This document shows, piece after piece, positions 27,516-38,550 of a stretch of DNA of 64,000 nucleotides. Positions within the stretch are counted from its first letter, which is position 1. Each line of letters opens with the position of its first letter. The notes beneath the pieces were generated by a model that saw only the letters and a program-made list of their open reading frames with translations, had not been told where the DNA came from and did no database searches. The DNA comes from a virus. The stretch lies in the IMG/VR virus record IMGVR_UViG_3300005518_000002, positions 1-64,000 of that record; one strand, 5' to 3'. The position numbers and the translations under genes are program-made.

Positions 27516-30500
27516 TCACCCCTCTCCGTGGACGCGACGGCGCATGATGTCCATCACCCGAGCGTATGCCCATTTGTCGAGCTGATCCTCCCGGACCTGG
27601 TTGGACAGGTGCGGGATGCCGCTGGCCACCAGGGCGAACTGGGATCCGGCCTTGACCGAGGTGCGCAGCTTCGGCACAGGGAAGCCCGGAGTGTTCACGG
27701 CCAGCAGGCCCACCAGGCGGAGCTGTCCGCCGATCCTGCGCCAGTCTCCGGAGACCTGTCCGGCACCGCGGAGCTCGTGCACACGGCTGCTGTCCGCGCC
27801 GGGGCGCACCGCACCGGCCACCCAGATCCCGTGAGCGTCGTTGCCGACCACGACGTCCGCCACGGCGGCACCCGTGTTGTCGTAGTGGTCGCTGGCAGCG
27901 TGAGCGTTGTAGCTGATCGGGGCGTGCCCCGTACCCACGGTGATCTGACCGACGGACACCCGGGAGTCGTCCGCACAGACGATCTCGCCCGTCATGAAGT
28001 ACGGGTGGTCCTCCTCGTGCGGCGGGGTGACGCACACTCCGGCCTGACCGATGTGGCAGGTACCCCACAGGGCGGCATGACCGTAAACGCGCCCCTCGTT
28101 GTCCACGGTGATTCCTGTGGGCACGGAGAGGGCAGGATCCTGGAACCAGGTCACGGGGGGAGCCCAGCCGGAACCGCTGGCGCGCAGGACCGGACCGGTG
28201 AACACGGGCCGCGGAGTACGGGAAGCGCGCAGTGCGCCGATGCGCTCACCCCCGGCAAGCACGGCTCCCTCTTCATCGAGCAGGGCAATGTACGCCTCAG
28301 CGAAGGCGGGGATGTCCACCACCGTGGCTGCACGGATGCGTCCCCGGTGGAACACGATCTTCTCGGGGGACGCGAACAGCATCTCGAACAGATCGGCTTC
28401 CTCCCCGCCCTCCCCGTCCGGCATGTCCGGCCAGACGAGCTCCATGTCCGCGTCCTTGATCGAGTCGACGTCTACCGAGACACCGCGGAGGAACTGACCC
28501 TTGATCTTGTCGTGGACGCGCTGGCCGTCCTCGTCACCCAGGTCGAGCAGGCCCTCTCCCATGACCAGGCTGCCCTCACGCCAGATCTTGGTGATGTTGC
28601 CGACGTTGACCGCCACGGTGTGCGGCTCCCCGCCGTGACTGTCCTCCTTGTTCCAGCGCAGGGGGAGGGGGAGGTCTGCCCAGGTGAGGGAGTCGGTGTC
28701 GAACTCGCGTCCGTCGCCGGTCTCGATGCCCTCCACGGTGAGGGGCCCGCGCCAGGGGGCCGTCTTGCCTTCCAGCTCAACGGGTCCTGAGGTGAGCTCC
28801 TGCTCCGCCTCGGTAACGACGACTCCCGCCTCCTCCCCGTACTTGTTTTCCTTGATCCTCTTGTCCTTCTTCGTGCCCTCGCTCGGCTTGGCTCCCAGGT
28901 CGGCTTCGGTTGTCATTTCACCGCTCGATTCCGCCGCGTAGAGAGCGGCAAGCTGATCATTCGCTTCCTGTTCCGAGGCATGGCATCCGGCAACGCTGCC
29001 GTCCGAATCCTTGACTACCGCCCAGGGCTCAGAGGACGGGCATCCGGAATGTCCCTGCACCGTGTGCCACGGCATGGTTCCCTCCTCCACCAGGGCTTCG
29101 GTCGCGCTCATGATGCCACCGTCGGCCGTTACCGAGTCGTCCAGACCACCCCACACGGCCAGGAGCGTGCCCCGGCAGCGGGATCCGCCCTGGCATTTTG
29201 CGTAGCCCGATCCGCCGCTGGGGTACGCCTCCATCGCATCCTGGCGGGAGACGAACTCCATGCCGTCGATGCTGATGCAGGGCTTGCAGGTGTTCTTGTC
29301 CAGCGCTTCCGACGCGACGTACTGACCCAGCGGGGCAACCATGAGCACGGCCATGCGTCCGGTGTTCTGCGCGCCGGTCATCGCGGCACCGATGGCCTCC
29401 TCGTCCGAAGCGTCGGACAGCTCGTCCAGAGCACCGTCCACGTCGTCCGCCAGCTCCTCGCTGTCCCGGCCGGAGCCGAACAGGGCTGCCAGACGCGAAC
29501 GGGCCGACTGAACCAGCCGGTTGCCCATGATGCTGGCGCGCATGGAAGCGACACCCCGCAGGATGTCCGAACCCGAGAGTGCGGCAGTCAGACTGTCCAG
29601 GGTCCACTCCGGAACCGTGACCCCCTGCTCCTCGGCCTCCCGCTGCTGTGCTTCACCGGCCTGCTGAGCGAGCAGCAGCATGCGGTGGTACAGGGTCTCG
29701 GCCGCTGCCGTGGTGTCCACGGAGATCTGCGGCGAGATCCCCCCGGCCGAAGTGATCTGCTGCCGGATCTCCCTGCGCCATGAGAGCTTGACCTCCTGCC
29801 AGCTGCTCAGTGCATCAGCGACCGCTTCGGTCCAGTCCTTCTGGTGAGCGGCGAAGTCCCAGCGGCTGGCCTCCTCCAGAGGCGTCAGATTGCGCCTGAG
29901 GGGAGCGGCAGCAGCTGTCAGAGCGGCCGTCAGGGGAATGTCGGTGTCTTCGTCGGCGAAGCTGATGCGGATGCGGTCGAACGTCACCTCCCCCAGCCTC
30001 TTCTCCAGCTCCTTGGCCAGGGTGAGGTCCCCGGTGTACGCCGCGCAGATGTGCGCGACCCAGGGGGTGTGCTGCGCGGGCAGGGTAGGGTGGTTGTGCA
30101 TGTACTCCAGTGCCTCGGTGGCCAGAATGTGGGCGAAGGAGAGGCTGCCTCCCAGCTGTACGGCTGGCTCAGGTTCTGCGTCGCCCACCGACCACACCCA
30201 GCTGGGTGACTCCCCGCCAGCGTTCCAGTGGGAGACGCCGAACACCTTGGCACTGACAGGGCCGTCCAGCTCCTGAGCGAGCATGGTCATGCTGGAGATG
30301 AGCTCCTGGCGCTGCTCCGGCGTCCAGAGCTCCGCATCATCACCCACGAAGAACAGGGTGCAGTGCAGATCTTCAGCCTTCTCCCCGCCCTTGATCGCCA
30401 GACGCTTCGCGTCGGCCACTGTCGGCATGAGCGCGATCATGCAGCCGGACAGATGACTGCTGTCACTCGCCATCGTCACCCGGCGCCCGTGGGCCTTCTG

Positions 30501-30557
30501 GACGTGCTGGCCACGGCGGTGCATGGCCACTCGGTGATCAGAGCCGTGCATGACCAT
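27516..30557 (-). CDS. fusion: 2H phosphoesterase + MuF-like minor head + capsid maturation protease
   Basis: LHCTL and AHICAAY 2H motifs; D.NTC.PC...C.G..RCRG MuF motif; GIETGDGR, GVSVD.D, IRAAT.V.IPAF, VSGDWR; start could be 30557, 30551 or 30473. Confidence 0.75.
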   Translation of the reverse strand: MVMHGSDHRVAMHRRGQHVQKAHGRRVTMASDSSHLSGCMIALMPTVADAKRLAIKGGEKAEDLHCTLFFVGDDAELWTPEQRQELISSMTMLAQELDGPVSAKVFGVSHWNAGGESPSWVWSVGDAEPEPAVQLGGSLSFAHILATEALEYMHNHPTLPAQHTPWVAHICAAYTGDLTLAKELEKRLGEVTFDRIRISFADEDTDIPLTAALTAAAAPLRRNLTPLEEASRWDFAAHQKDWTEAVADALSSWQEVKLSWRREIRQQITSAGGISPQISVDTTAAAETLYHRMLLLAQQAGEAQQREAEEQGVTVPEWTLDSLTAALSGSDILRGVASMRASIMGNRLVQSARSRLAALFGSGRDSEELADDVDGALDELSDASDEEAIGAAMTGAQNTGRMAVLMVAPLGQYVASEALDKNTCKPCISIDGMEFVSRQDAMEAYPSGGSGYAKCQGGSRCRGTLLAVWGGLDDSVTADGGIMSATEALVEEGTMPWHTVQGHSGCPSSEPWAVVKDSDGSVAGCHASEQEANDQLAALYAAESSGEMTTEADLGAKPSEGTKKDKRIKENKYGEEAGVVVTEAEQELTSGPVELEGKTAPWRGPLTVEGIETGDGREFDTDSLTWADLPLPLRWNKEDSHGGEPHTVAVNVGNITKIWREGSLVMGEGLLDLGDEDGQRVHDKIKGQFLRGVSVDVDSIKDADMELVWPDMPDGEGGEEADLFEMLFASPEKIVFHRGRIRAATVVDIPAFAEAYIALLDEEGAVLAGGERIGALRASRTPRPVFTGPVLRASGSGWAPPVTWFQDPALSVPTGITVDNEGRVYGHAALWGTCHIGQAGVCVTPPHEEDHPYFMTGEIVCADDSRVSVGQITVGTGHAPISYNAHAASDHYDNTGAAVADVVVGNDAHGIWVAGAVRPGADSSRVHELRGAGQVSGDWRRIGGQLRLVGLLAVNTPGFPVPKLRTSVKAGSQFALVASGIPHLSNQVREDQLDKWAYARVMDIMRRRVHGEG

Positions 30558-32343
30558 TCCTCACCGGCAGCAGATTGGTGCTGATCATCTTGCTGGTGTC
30601 CTGGTAGGGAGAGGGGCCGTCGATCTTCAGCAGGCCGAAGGCGTCCAGATGGCAGACGTAGGCACCGCTGGTACCGGGTACGGCCTGTGGCGCTGCCGTT
30701 CTGATCGCGTAGGTGAACGGACAGCTGTAGACGTGTCCGGTGCACACCTCGGGATGCAGGAGGTCCCATCTGCTGCCCGCGGTGAACTTGAGCACGTGCT
30801 GTGTGGCTGCCTGCCGGGACATGCGCTCCGTGCGTGCGGCGGCCGCCTTGGGAACCGCCTCCTCGGGCGGCGACGGAGGACCGTGCGCCTCGGGCGGGCC
30901 GCCCTCCTCCCCCGGCGGTGGCTTGCCGGTACCGGAGGGCGGCTGGGACGCCTTCGGTGCGGTGAGCAGGGGATCGAGCACCTTCTTACCGGTGAGCGCG
31001 TCCAGCGCAGCAGGCCCGGCGCCCGGCACCGTACGAACCATGATCTTGAGGCCGATGGCCTCCAGCTCCTCTTCGGTCGGAGCGTCGTCCTCGTCGAACC
31101 CGACTTCCCGGCGCAGCGCTGCACCGGACAGCTCCATGCGGTCGTACGCGTCCTTGGCGTTCTCGCTGCGGTCGGGGCGCAGGGCCAGTTCGCTCATGTC
31201 GTACCAGACGACCCACTGCCCGGCGTCAGTGGCGCCGCTGGCAGCCAGTCGCGGCTGGAGGTACCCCCGGGTGAGGGAGTCGCAGATGAGCTCCGCCACG
31301 GGAGCGATGTGCGTCTTGAGCGCCCCTTCCTCCAGCTGCCAGGCACCCCAGTGATTGACGTCGCCCATGCCGAGCAGGATCTCCGCGGGCATGTCGAGTT
31401 TGGTCGCCAGACGCTTGATCGCGGAATCCCGCTTCTCAATGATCTTCTCGTCGGCCTGGAGTGTGAAGTCGACGTGGCGGAACTCCTTCAGCACCTCGGC
31501 CGGTCCCGTGATCGGAATGGGGATGACGGCGGAGGCAGAGCCGGGGTTCTTGATCGCCTCAGAAGCGATCTCGATGAACTCCAGCATGAAGGGGTTCGGT
31601 TCGTCCAGGAACTCCTCGCGCACCGGGAAGTCGATTTCACTGGGTACGAGGACGACTCCCGCAGACGCCAGTCGGCTCAGGTAGTCCGCCTGAATCTTCC
31701 GGTTGACCAGCTCCAGCTCCCGCAGAACCTCCCGGGCGCTGCGCGCCGGGGAATCGGCCAGGTGGTAGAACCGGTCGTCCGGCCGCCAGATGCGCACGAC
31801 CAGGCTGTCCGGACCGAGCTTGCGCCAGTCGCGGCCTGCGTTGACGGACTCCTCGTCCATGACGAAGAACGTGCCGGACTCGGCCCTGATCTCATCGACG
31901 GAGCGGATCATCCACCTCTCCGTACCGTCGGTGGTCTCACCCACCAGGTAGCCCTCACCGGGGACGGAGAGGTGGACAGTGGCCCGCTTCAGGATCTGGG
32001 ACTGCCCGCCCACGCCTCCGCCGAGCATCATCATCAGCTCGGCCGCGGGGCCCTTCATCTCGATCTCCGGCTCATCTGCGTCCGGCTGGAGCTTCGCCGC
32101 GCGCAGCCGGACACGGGAGAGCATGTTGGAGAGCCACCACACCCCGAAGTTGAACTCCCCCACGGTGGTGTAGTACCGCCACAGCTCGTCCTGCCACGAC
32201 TCGGTATGGCGCAGAAGCTGATCGCGGGCACCCTTGGCCTGTGTGGCTGCGGCGGTGAGGGCGGGAGGCGCAGAAGCCGTCAGGGCGGCCGGAACGGAAT
32301 CCTTGGGCGGGGTGCGCTGGAGCCGGGGGATCCTCCATACCAT
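30538..32343 (-). CDS. portal protein
   Basis: WQ...W.YY..VGE, VPGE.YL, R.W.P......ADSP, LD.P.E.L.G....NHW.AW. Confidence 0.85.
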   Translation of the reverse strand: MVWRIPRLQRTPPKDSVPAALTASAPPALTAAATQAKGARDQLLRHTESWQDELWRYYTTVGEFNFGVWWLSNMLSRVRLRAAKLQPDADEPEIEMKGPAAELMMMLGGGVGGQSQILKRATVHLSVPGEGYLVGETTDGTERWMIRSVDEIRAESGTFFVMDEESVNAGRDWRKLGPDSLVVRIWRPDDRFYHLADSPARSAREVLRELELVNRKIQADYLSRLASAGVVLVPSEIDFPVREEFLDEPNPFMLEFIEIASEAIKNPGSASAVIPIPITGPAEVLKEFRHVDFTLQADEKIIEKRDSAIKRLATKLDMPAEILLGMGDVNHWGAWQLEEGALKTHIAPVAELICDSLTRGYLQPRLAASGATDAGQWVVWYDMSELALRPDRSENAKDAYDRMELSGAALRREVGFDEDDAPTEEELEAIGLKIMVRTVPGAGPAALDALTGKKVLDPLLTAPKASQPPSGTGKPPPGEEGGPPEAHGPPSPPEEAVPKAAAARTERMSRQAATQHVLKFTAGSRWDLLHPEVCTGHVYSCPFTYAIRTAAPQAVPGTSGAYVCHLDAFGLLKIDGPSPYQDTSKMISTNLLPVRNGHARL

Positions 32344-32504
32344 GGCACGCCTCCGATCATGAGGTCGTGCTCATGGTAGCCGCTGGCCTGCGGATGACCA
32401 TTCCCGCAGCACGAAGGCCCCCCGCTGTCCATACGAGGGGCCCTCTGTGCACGCTTCGGCATACCCACCCGAGAAGCACGTTCAGTGTGCCTTACGCTCG
32501 CCAC

Positions 32505-32894
32505 ATGTCCAAAGCCCGATGGACCCTCGGCACGCTCAAAGCGCTGATGGACGAGCGCGACACCCGTTACCAGCAGCGCTACGACGCTCAGCAGAAGGCT
32601 CTTGACGCTGCGCTGCTGGCGGCGAAAGAGGCCGTACAGGCAGCGCTGCTGGCAGCGAAGGAAGCCGTACTGAAGGCGGAGCTCTCGGCCGACAAACGTC
32701 TCGAACTGCTGAACGAACTGCGAACCGGAGTTGCCACCACGGAGCAGCTGGAGGCGCTGGACAAGGTCGTCACGAGCCTTTCCAAACGGCTCGACCTGAC
32801 CGAGGGGCGCAGCATGGGCAGAGGGGCGACGTGGGGATACCTGGTAGCGGGAATCAGTCTGCTGACCGCGGTACTCGCCTTCCTGCTCCGTTGA
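32505..32894 (+). CDS. coiled-coil protein with C-terminal TM
   Basis: AALLAAKEAV repeated twice; lone rightward gene in the late arm. Confidence 0.65.
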   Translation: MSKARWTLGTLKALMDERDTRYQQRYDAQQKALDAALLAAKEAVQAALLAAKEAVLKAELSADKRLELLNELRTGVATTEQLEALDKVVTSLSKRLDLTEGRSMGRGATWGYLVAGISLLTAVLAFLLR

Positions 32895-33128
32895 TCATCC
32901 GGGCAGGATCAGTCCGCTCATGTTCGCCACGCCCGCGTTGATCGTGGAAGCCCAGTTGGTGGCGACGTCCCGGGGCAGCAGGACAGTCAGCGTGGTGGAC
33001 GTCGTCCGCACGGTGACCATCAGACGGCTTCCGCTAGGGCCGTTGACCGGCGTCACGGACATGGCCACGGGAACCTCGGTCAGCAGTCCATTGCTTTCGT
33101 CCCAGCCGGATGTTCCGTTGCCGGTCAT
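32895..33128 (-). CDS. hypothetical protein
   Basis: RBS AAGGAGG. Confidence 0.65.
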   Translation of the reverse strand: MTGNGTSGWDESNGLLTEVPVAMSVTPVNGPSGSRLMVTVRTTSTTLTVLLPRDVATNWASTINAGVANMSGLILPG

Positions 33129-33220
33129 GACTGCCTCCTTTCATAGCGCCAGACGAGGTACAGCACGACACCGACGACAACGCCGGAGCCGAGCAGGGCA
33201 CCGATCATCTCCAGGATCAT
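33125..33220 (-). CDS. small membrane protein
   Basis: MILEMIGALLGSGVVVGVVLYLVW; ATGA couplings on both sides. Confidence 0.55.
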   Translation of the reverse strand: MILEMIGALLGSGVVVGVVLYLVWRYERRQS

Positions 33221-33813
33221 GACGCCGTCCACATCTGGAACAGGTACGTGTCGGGGTGGTCGTACTCCGGCTGCCAGAGCTCGTGCTTCAGATCCGTCCA
33301 GCCTGCCGCCAGGAGCATGTCTTTGACGTCCTGCCAGCCCCAGCCCCAGTAGTGCTCGGGATTGCGCGTGTGGTTCTCCCCGCACGGCGTGGTGAGGAGG
33401 AGGTGCTTCGCCCTGTCCCGGATGGCGCGCAGCAGCGCGTCAGGATCCTCCACGTGCTCCAGGGTCTCGGAGCAGAGGAACATGTCGACCGCGGGGATCC
33501 GGGCCACCGTTTCCTCGATCGGTCCGGAGTAGTAGTACCCACGGACTCCCGGCGGGGGGAGAACGAGATCCCCCACATGGACGTCGCGCCAGGCGTGGGT
33601 GCAGTTCTGAATGATCGCGGCATCTCCGCAGGACAGATCGGCGATCGTCTGCGCCCCGGTTTCCGCGGCAAACCGGCCGAGCAGCTGGGAGGTTTTGGCC
33701 ACCCGCTCCAGATGGTCCGGCCACCAGGTGTGGTCGTAGGTGCGGTGGTAGATGCGGGCGCGCTCTTCATCGGTGTAGAACGGGCGGATCTGCCAGCGGG
33801 TCATGACCAGCAC
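33217..33813 (-). CDS. class I SAM-dependent methyltransferase-like protein
   Basis: IADLSCGDA, D...CSETLEHVEDP, LLLTTP. Confidence 0.75.
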   Translation of the reverse strand: MLVMTRWQIRPFYTDEERARIYHRTYDHTWWPDHLERVAKTSQLLGRFAAETGAQTIADLSCGDAAIIQNCTHAWRDVHVGDLVLPPPGVRGYYYSGPIEETVARIPAVDMFLCSETLEHVEDPDALLRAIRDRAKHLLLTTPCGENHTRNPEHYWGWGWQDVKDMLLAAGWTDLKHELWQPEYDHPDTYLFQMWTAS

Positions 33814-34325
33814 TCCGTGTCCGGCAGCCCGAGGCGGGCCAGATCTCCGGGGGTGACGTCGTGGGGCTTGCGGCCGTCGCTGAAGAGATGATCCCCGGCA
33901 TGTTCGGCGATCCAGTCCACGGCCTGTGAACAGATCATCTTGTTGGGGCGGGACACCCGCTTACGCAGCAGGCGTGTGGTGAGCGGGAGGTGCAGCCGGT
34001 AGGCCGAGAGGTAGAAGTAGGTGGTCCAGTTGTACGGGCTGCCCTCCAGTCCCCGGGCAATCTGGATCATCATGGCGCGCTGGGAGTCGGACAGGTTGAC
34101 CCTGTGGAGCACCCGTACGGGATGCCCGTCGTACCGGTCCTGATGACTGAGCACTGCACCGCCGGGCTGCGCCTCGAACAGGCGGCCGTCCGGCATCACG
34201 AGACCCGCGTGGGTCCATTCGGACAGGTCTCCGTTGATCGCCTGTCCGAGCCAGATGAGCTTGCCCCCGATGCCCGGGATTTTCGTCAGGAAGATGTCCC
34301 CTGCCACTGCTCTGTCGAAGGTCAT
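33801..34325 (-). CDS. permuted papain-like NlpC/P60 (YaeF/YiiX-type) protein
   Basis: GDIFL, WTHAG, G.PYNW, ICSQ, VTPGDL. Confidence 0.75.
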   Translation of the reverse strand: MTFDRAVAGDIFLTKIPGIGGKLIWLGQAINGDLSEWTHAGLVMPDGRLFEAQPGGAVLSHQDRYDGHPVRVLHRVNLSDSQRAMMIQIARGLEGSPYNWTTYFYLSAYRLHLPLTTRLLRKRVSRPNKMICSQAVDWIAEHAGDHLFSDGRKPHDVTPGDLARLGLPDTECWS

Positions 34326-34759
34326 GCCCACTCCTTGGAAGCGATCAGTGCGCTGGCGCCCCAGACGGCGGGCCAGACGAGCAGCGGAGCCGGGAGACCG
34401 ACGGCGAACGCCGCGCCGAGGGTCAGGCCGAGGGACACATACGCGCTGACGCACCACGGGCAGCTGATCAGGTCTCCGAGCCAGAACGGAGCCCAGCCGA
34501 CTTTGCGTACGTAGATCTGGACCTCTTCCTCCACCAGACCGAACATCCCGAGTCCGGGCACATTGGTGAGACTGCCCTTCTCAATCTGCCCGGTGGGGTA
34601 GCTCTCGTGATGCTGCTCCTTGGTGGTGGGACGGCGCCAGCCCCCGGCCAGCCTGTCGCGCACCCAGAGCACGGGCGGGAAGTCGTCTTTGGTGATCAGC
34701 CGTGTGAGCCGGTAGGAGCCGAGCACGAGCACGATCAGCAGGAGCCAGAGCGGCATCAC
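34322..34759 (-). CDS. DUF1360-like membrane protein
   Basis: YRLTRLIT.D ... L..CPWC.S.Y. Confidence 0.7.
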   Translation of the reverse strand: MMPLWLLLIVLVLGSYRLTRLITKDDFPPVLWVRDRLAGGWRRPTTKEQHHESYPTGQIEKGSLTNVPGLGMFGLVEEEVQIYVRKVGWAPFWLGDLISCPWCVSAYVSLGLTLGAAFAVGLPAPLLVWPAVWGASALIASKEWA

Positions 34760-34890
34760 GCACCGCCGGTTTCACTGTTCACGGGTCACTGTCCTTTGAT
34801 CTTGGGCACGGGACGTCCAACGTCTCAGATTGGAGGTGGTCGGCCGGACGTCCCGCTACCTGGCAGACGTCCGGCCGGACCGGTTGGTTC

Positions 34891-35262
34891 CTAGCTGGCG
34901 GGAGCCTTCAGCTGAACGGGTCCGGACACTGTCGAAGCCGGTACGGGCGCTACGACATTCTGCCGGGTGATGTAGCCGAGGATCAGTGCGAGACCGCCCA
35001 GGAACATGGTCTGCTTCTCCGCGGACCAGTCGAGACCGAGACCGGTGAACAGGGAAATCGCAGCCTGGACGAAGCCGAGTGCGGCGGCAATGATCCCGTC
35101 CCCGACCATGAACGCCACGATCAGGCCGAAACCGGCGGTGACGAGTGCAGTGATGATCGCCTGCCACTTGGGGCTGACGTCGATGCCGAAGGACGTCAGT
35201 ACCTGGATACCGGCCGACACCAGGCCCAGCCAGACGGCGAGCTCTCTTCCGAAGACCTTCAT
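34891..35262 (-). CDS. holin-like membrane protein
   Basis: FGRE.A, 4 TM segments, RQNV.P. Confidence 0.65.
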   Translation of the reverse strand: MKVFGRELAVWLGLVSAGIQVLTSFGIDVSPKWQAIITALVTAGFGLIVAFMVGDGIIAAALGFVQAAISLFTGLGLDWSAEKQTMFLGGLALILGYITRQNVVAPVPASTVSGPVQLKAPAS

Positions 35263-35309
35263 ACTTCCTTCTCTCCACGGGCGGCACGCATGGAATATAG
35301 CGCACCGGT

Positions 35310-36683
35310 TCAGCCAATTTTGCGGCTGACTGCTGCGAGCCCCTTACCGCCGGATTTGTTGCCGGTCATCATCAGCTTGACGATCCGCTGATGCCACGCT
35401 GGCCACACCATCGCGTCCAGCCGGTCGGGAGACCAGTCGAGCTCTTCGTGCCATGTACACAGCTGGTCCTCAAGCTCAGGATGCACCCCGACGAGGTGCC
35501 AGCGGTTCTGCTCGGTCAGCGCGCTGACGGGGGAAGCACGGACCTTCTTCCCCCGGCTGGCTGTGACCTTGCGCACCGGGATGCTGATCCCCATGGAGTC
35601 CGCGGCCGCGCGGATCGTGCCGATCGCCATGTCGCCCCCGTAGTTGATCTCTACGCAGATGTCGTCCGCCTCGTAGTCGACGGCAGCCTGGACAGCGCGC
35701 CGCCCCCATCCGTCAGGGGTGAGGTGACAGGTACGGTCGGCCAGCACGAAGCCGTGTGCCAGGGGAGTGCGCAGCCGGGCATCCTCCGTCTCCCGGGTGA
35801 TGAGGGACTTGCCGACAACGACGATGCCCTGCTCCCCGGCTCCGCCCGACGGGTCCACTCCGACGCTGCGCCGGACGTTGGGGGTCATGAGATCGAGATT
35901 CGGTATGCGGCTGGAGTCGAGACCGGCGTGGGTCCACAGTGCGTTCTCGTCCTGGTCGAGGACTTCGGCATGCAGCTCCTGACGGCCCAGCTGCGTACCG
36001 CCGTACTCGTCCTCCAGCTCCTGGCGGAGCTCCCCGTCCAGGTGGGGGTTGTCGTACATGGAGGCACGGGAGACGGAGACGTTGCGGAACTCCCCGCGGT
36101 CCAGCTTTTTGATCAGCGGACGTGGCTTCGGCGTGGTCGATGCAACCCAGTGGGGCCGCTGTCCGACGCGGAGACCGAAACGCATGTGAGGCCAGCACGC
36201 GTCGAGGTAGCGCCAGGCTGCAAGCTCTTCTGCCCAGACCACACAACGGTTACCACCGGAACGAAGACGTTCAACATCCTCCGGAGTATGCGCACCAAAC
36301 AGCTTCGCCTCGGATCCATTGGGCCAGCGTACGGACAGACCACCGGCACCGGAGAACATGCGTGCGTCGGGGTTGTGCGCCTTGAGGCCCGAAGGTCCGT
36401 TGACGCAGCTCGTCGCCGCGTCGCCGAGAGTGGGAGCGATGATGCCGATCCAGTGCGGGGTGTGACCGGGCAGGCACGGCGGACCGTTGACATGATCGGT
36501 GATGTACTTGGCGCAGGCGTCCGTCTTACCGGCGCCGCGCCCCGCGAGCAGCAGCCAGCCCCGCCAGTCGCCCGGGGGAGGAATCTGGTGAGGCAGGGGC
36601 TGCCACTTGACGATGGACATGGCACGCAGATGCATGGCCAGCCGGTCGCTGGCCCCGCGTGCGATGCTGCCCTTCGCGCTCAT
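35310..36683 (-). CDS. terL: terminase large subunit
   Basis: AGRGAGKT Walker A, WAEELA, TTP, GVDP, SPDRLDA. Confidence 0.93.
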   Translation of the reverse strand: MSAKGSIARGASDRLAMHLRAMSIVKWQPLPHQIPPPGDWRGWLLLAGRGAGKTDACAKYITDHVNGPPCLPGHTPHWIGIIAPTLGDAATSCVNGPSGLKAHNPDARMFSGAGGLSVRWPNGSEAKLFGAHTPEDVERLRSGGNRCVVWAEELAAWRYLDACWPHMRFGLRVGQRPHWVASTTPKPRPLIKKLDRGEFRNVSVSRASMYDNPHLDGELRQELEDEYGGTQLGRQELHAEVLDQDENALWTHAGLDSSRIPNLDLMTPNVRRSVGVDPSGGAGEQGIVVVGKSLITRETEDARLRTPLAHGFVLADRTCHLTPDGWGRRAVQAAVDYEADDICVEINYGGDMAIGTIRAAADSMGISIPVRKVTASRGKKVRASPVSALTEQNRWHLVGVHPELEDQLCTWHEELDWSPDRLDAMVWPAWHQRIVKLMMTGNKSGGKGLAAVSRKIG

Positions 36684-36731
36684 GTGATCAGTGTGCATCA
36701 GCGGGGACCGGACACTTTCCGGCCGGGCACT

Positions 36732-36938
36732 TCAGCTGGCTATGTGAACGCTGACCTTGCCAAGGATGTCTCCGATGACCGGCCACACCTGCGGTCCCCA
36801 GGACGTCGTCGTTCCCATGGAGATCCCGGTGAGGATGGCGATCACCGCGACAATCTTCGTCACCCGCTGGCGGCCGGAGAGGAAAGCCAGCAGAACGAGA
36901 ACAGCGAAGATCCATAAACCTACGGTTATGTTTGTCAT
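36732..36938 (-). CDS. small membrane protein
   Basis: Two TM segments; RBS GGTGGA; TTA at codon 8. Confidence 0.6.
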   Translation of the reverse strand: MTNITVGLWIFAVLVLLAFLSGRQRVTKIVAVIAILTGISMGTTTSWGPQVWPVIGDILGKVSVHIAS

Positions 36939-36974
36939 TCCACCGAAGCTACTCGTCCAGCTCAGGACAGCAAG

Positions 36975-37011
36975 AAGACCCCTCCGCGAGGCAGATACCC
37001 GGAGGGGTCTT
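36975..37011 (-). terminator. hairpin or terminator
   Basis: AAGACCCCTCCG ... CGGAGGGGTCTT. Confidence 0.55.
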
Positions 37012-37074
37012 CACCCGTGAACCGGAAGTCGGTGAGACTCCGAATCACGGACCAGCATAGCCGCACCCGGTGCA

Positions 37075-37110
37075 CAGAAAACCCCCGCTGTCAGGAGCGG
37101 GGGTTTTCTG
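37075..37110. terminator. intrinsic bidirectional terminator
   Basis: CAGAAAACCCCCGCT-6 nt-AGCGGGGGTTTTCTG. Confidence 0.8.
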
Positions 37111-37234
37111 GAGCGGCGTGTCCTGCCAGGGACGACAGGAGCAGACTACCGCAGGGAACCAGCGCCACGTGGGTTTAGACGTCCTGGTCGGCCTTGAGCC
37201 CCCGGACTCGCCAGTTCCCTGCTCACTCAGACTA

Positions 37235-38491
<1,257 letters not shown>

Positions 38492-38517
38492 CTACCAGGG
38501 CCGTGCCCAAGGGTGGA

Positions 38518-38547
38518 ACGGTAGAGGGTGAAACCCGATTCACCAAA
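38518..38547 (-). promoter_or_regulatory. promoter upstream of the Rpf gene
   Basis: TTGGTG-17 nt-TACCGT; shares TTTGGTGAATCGG with the capsid promoter. Confidence 0.55.
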
Positions 38548-38550
38548 CGG

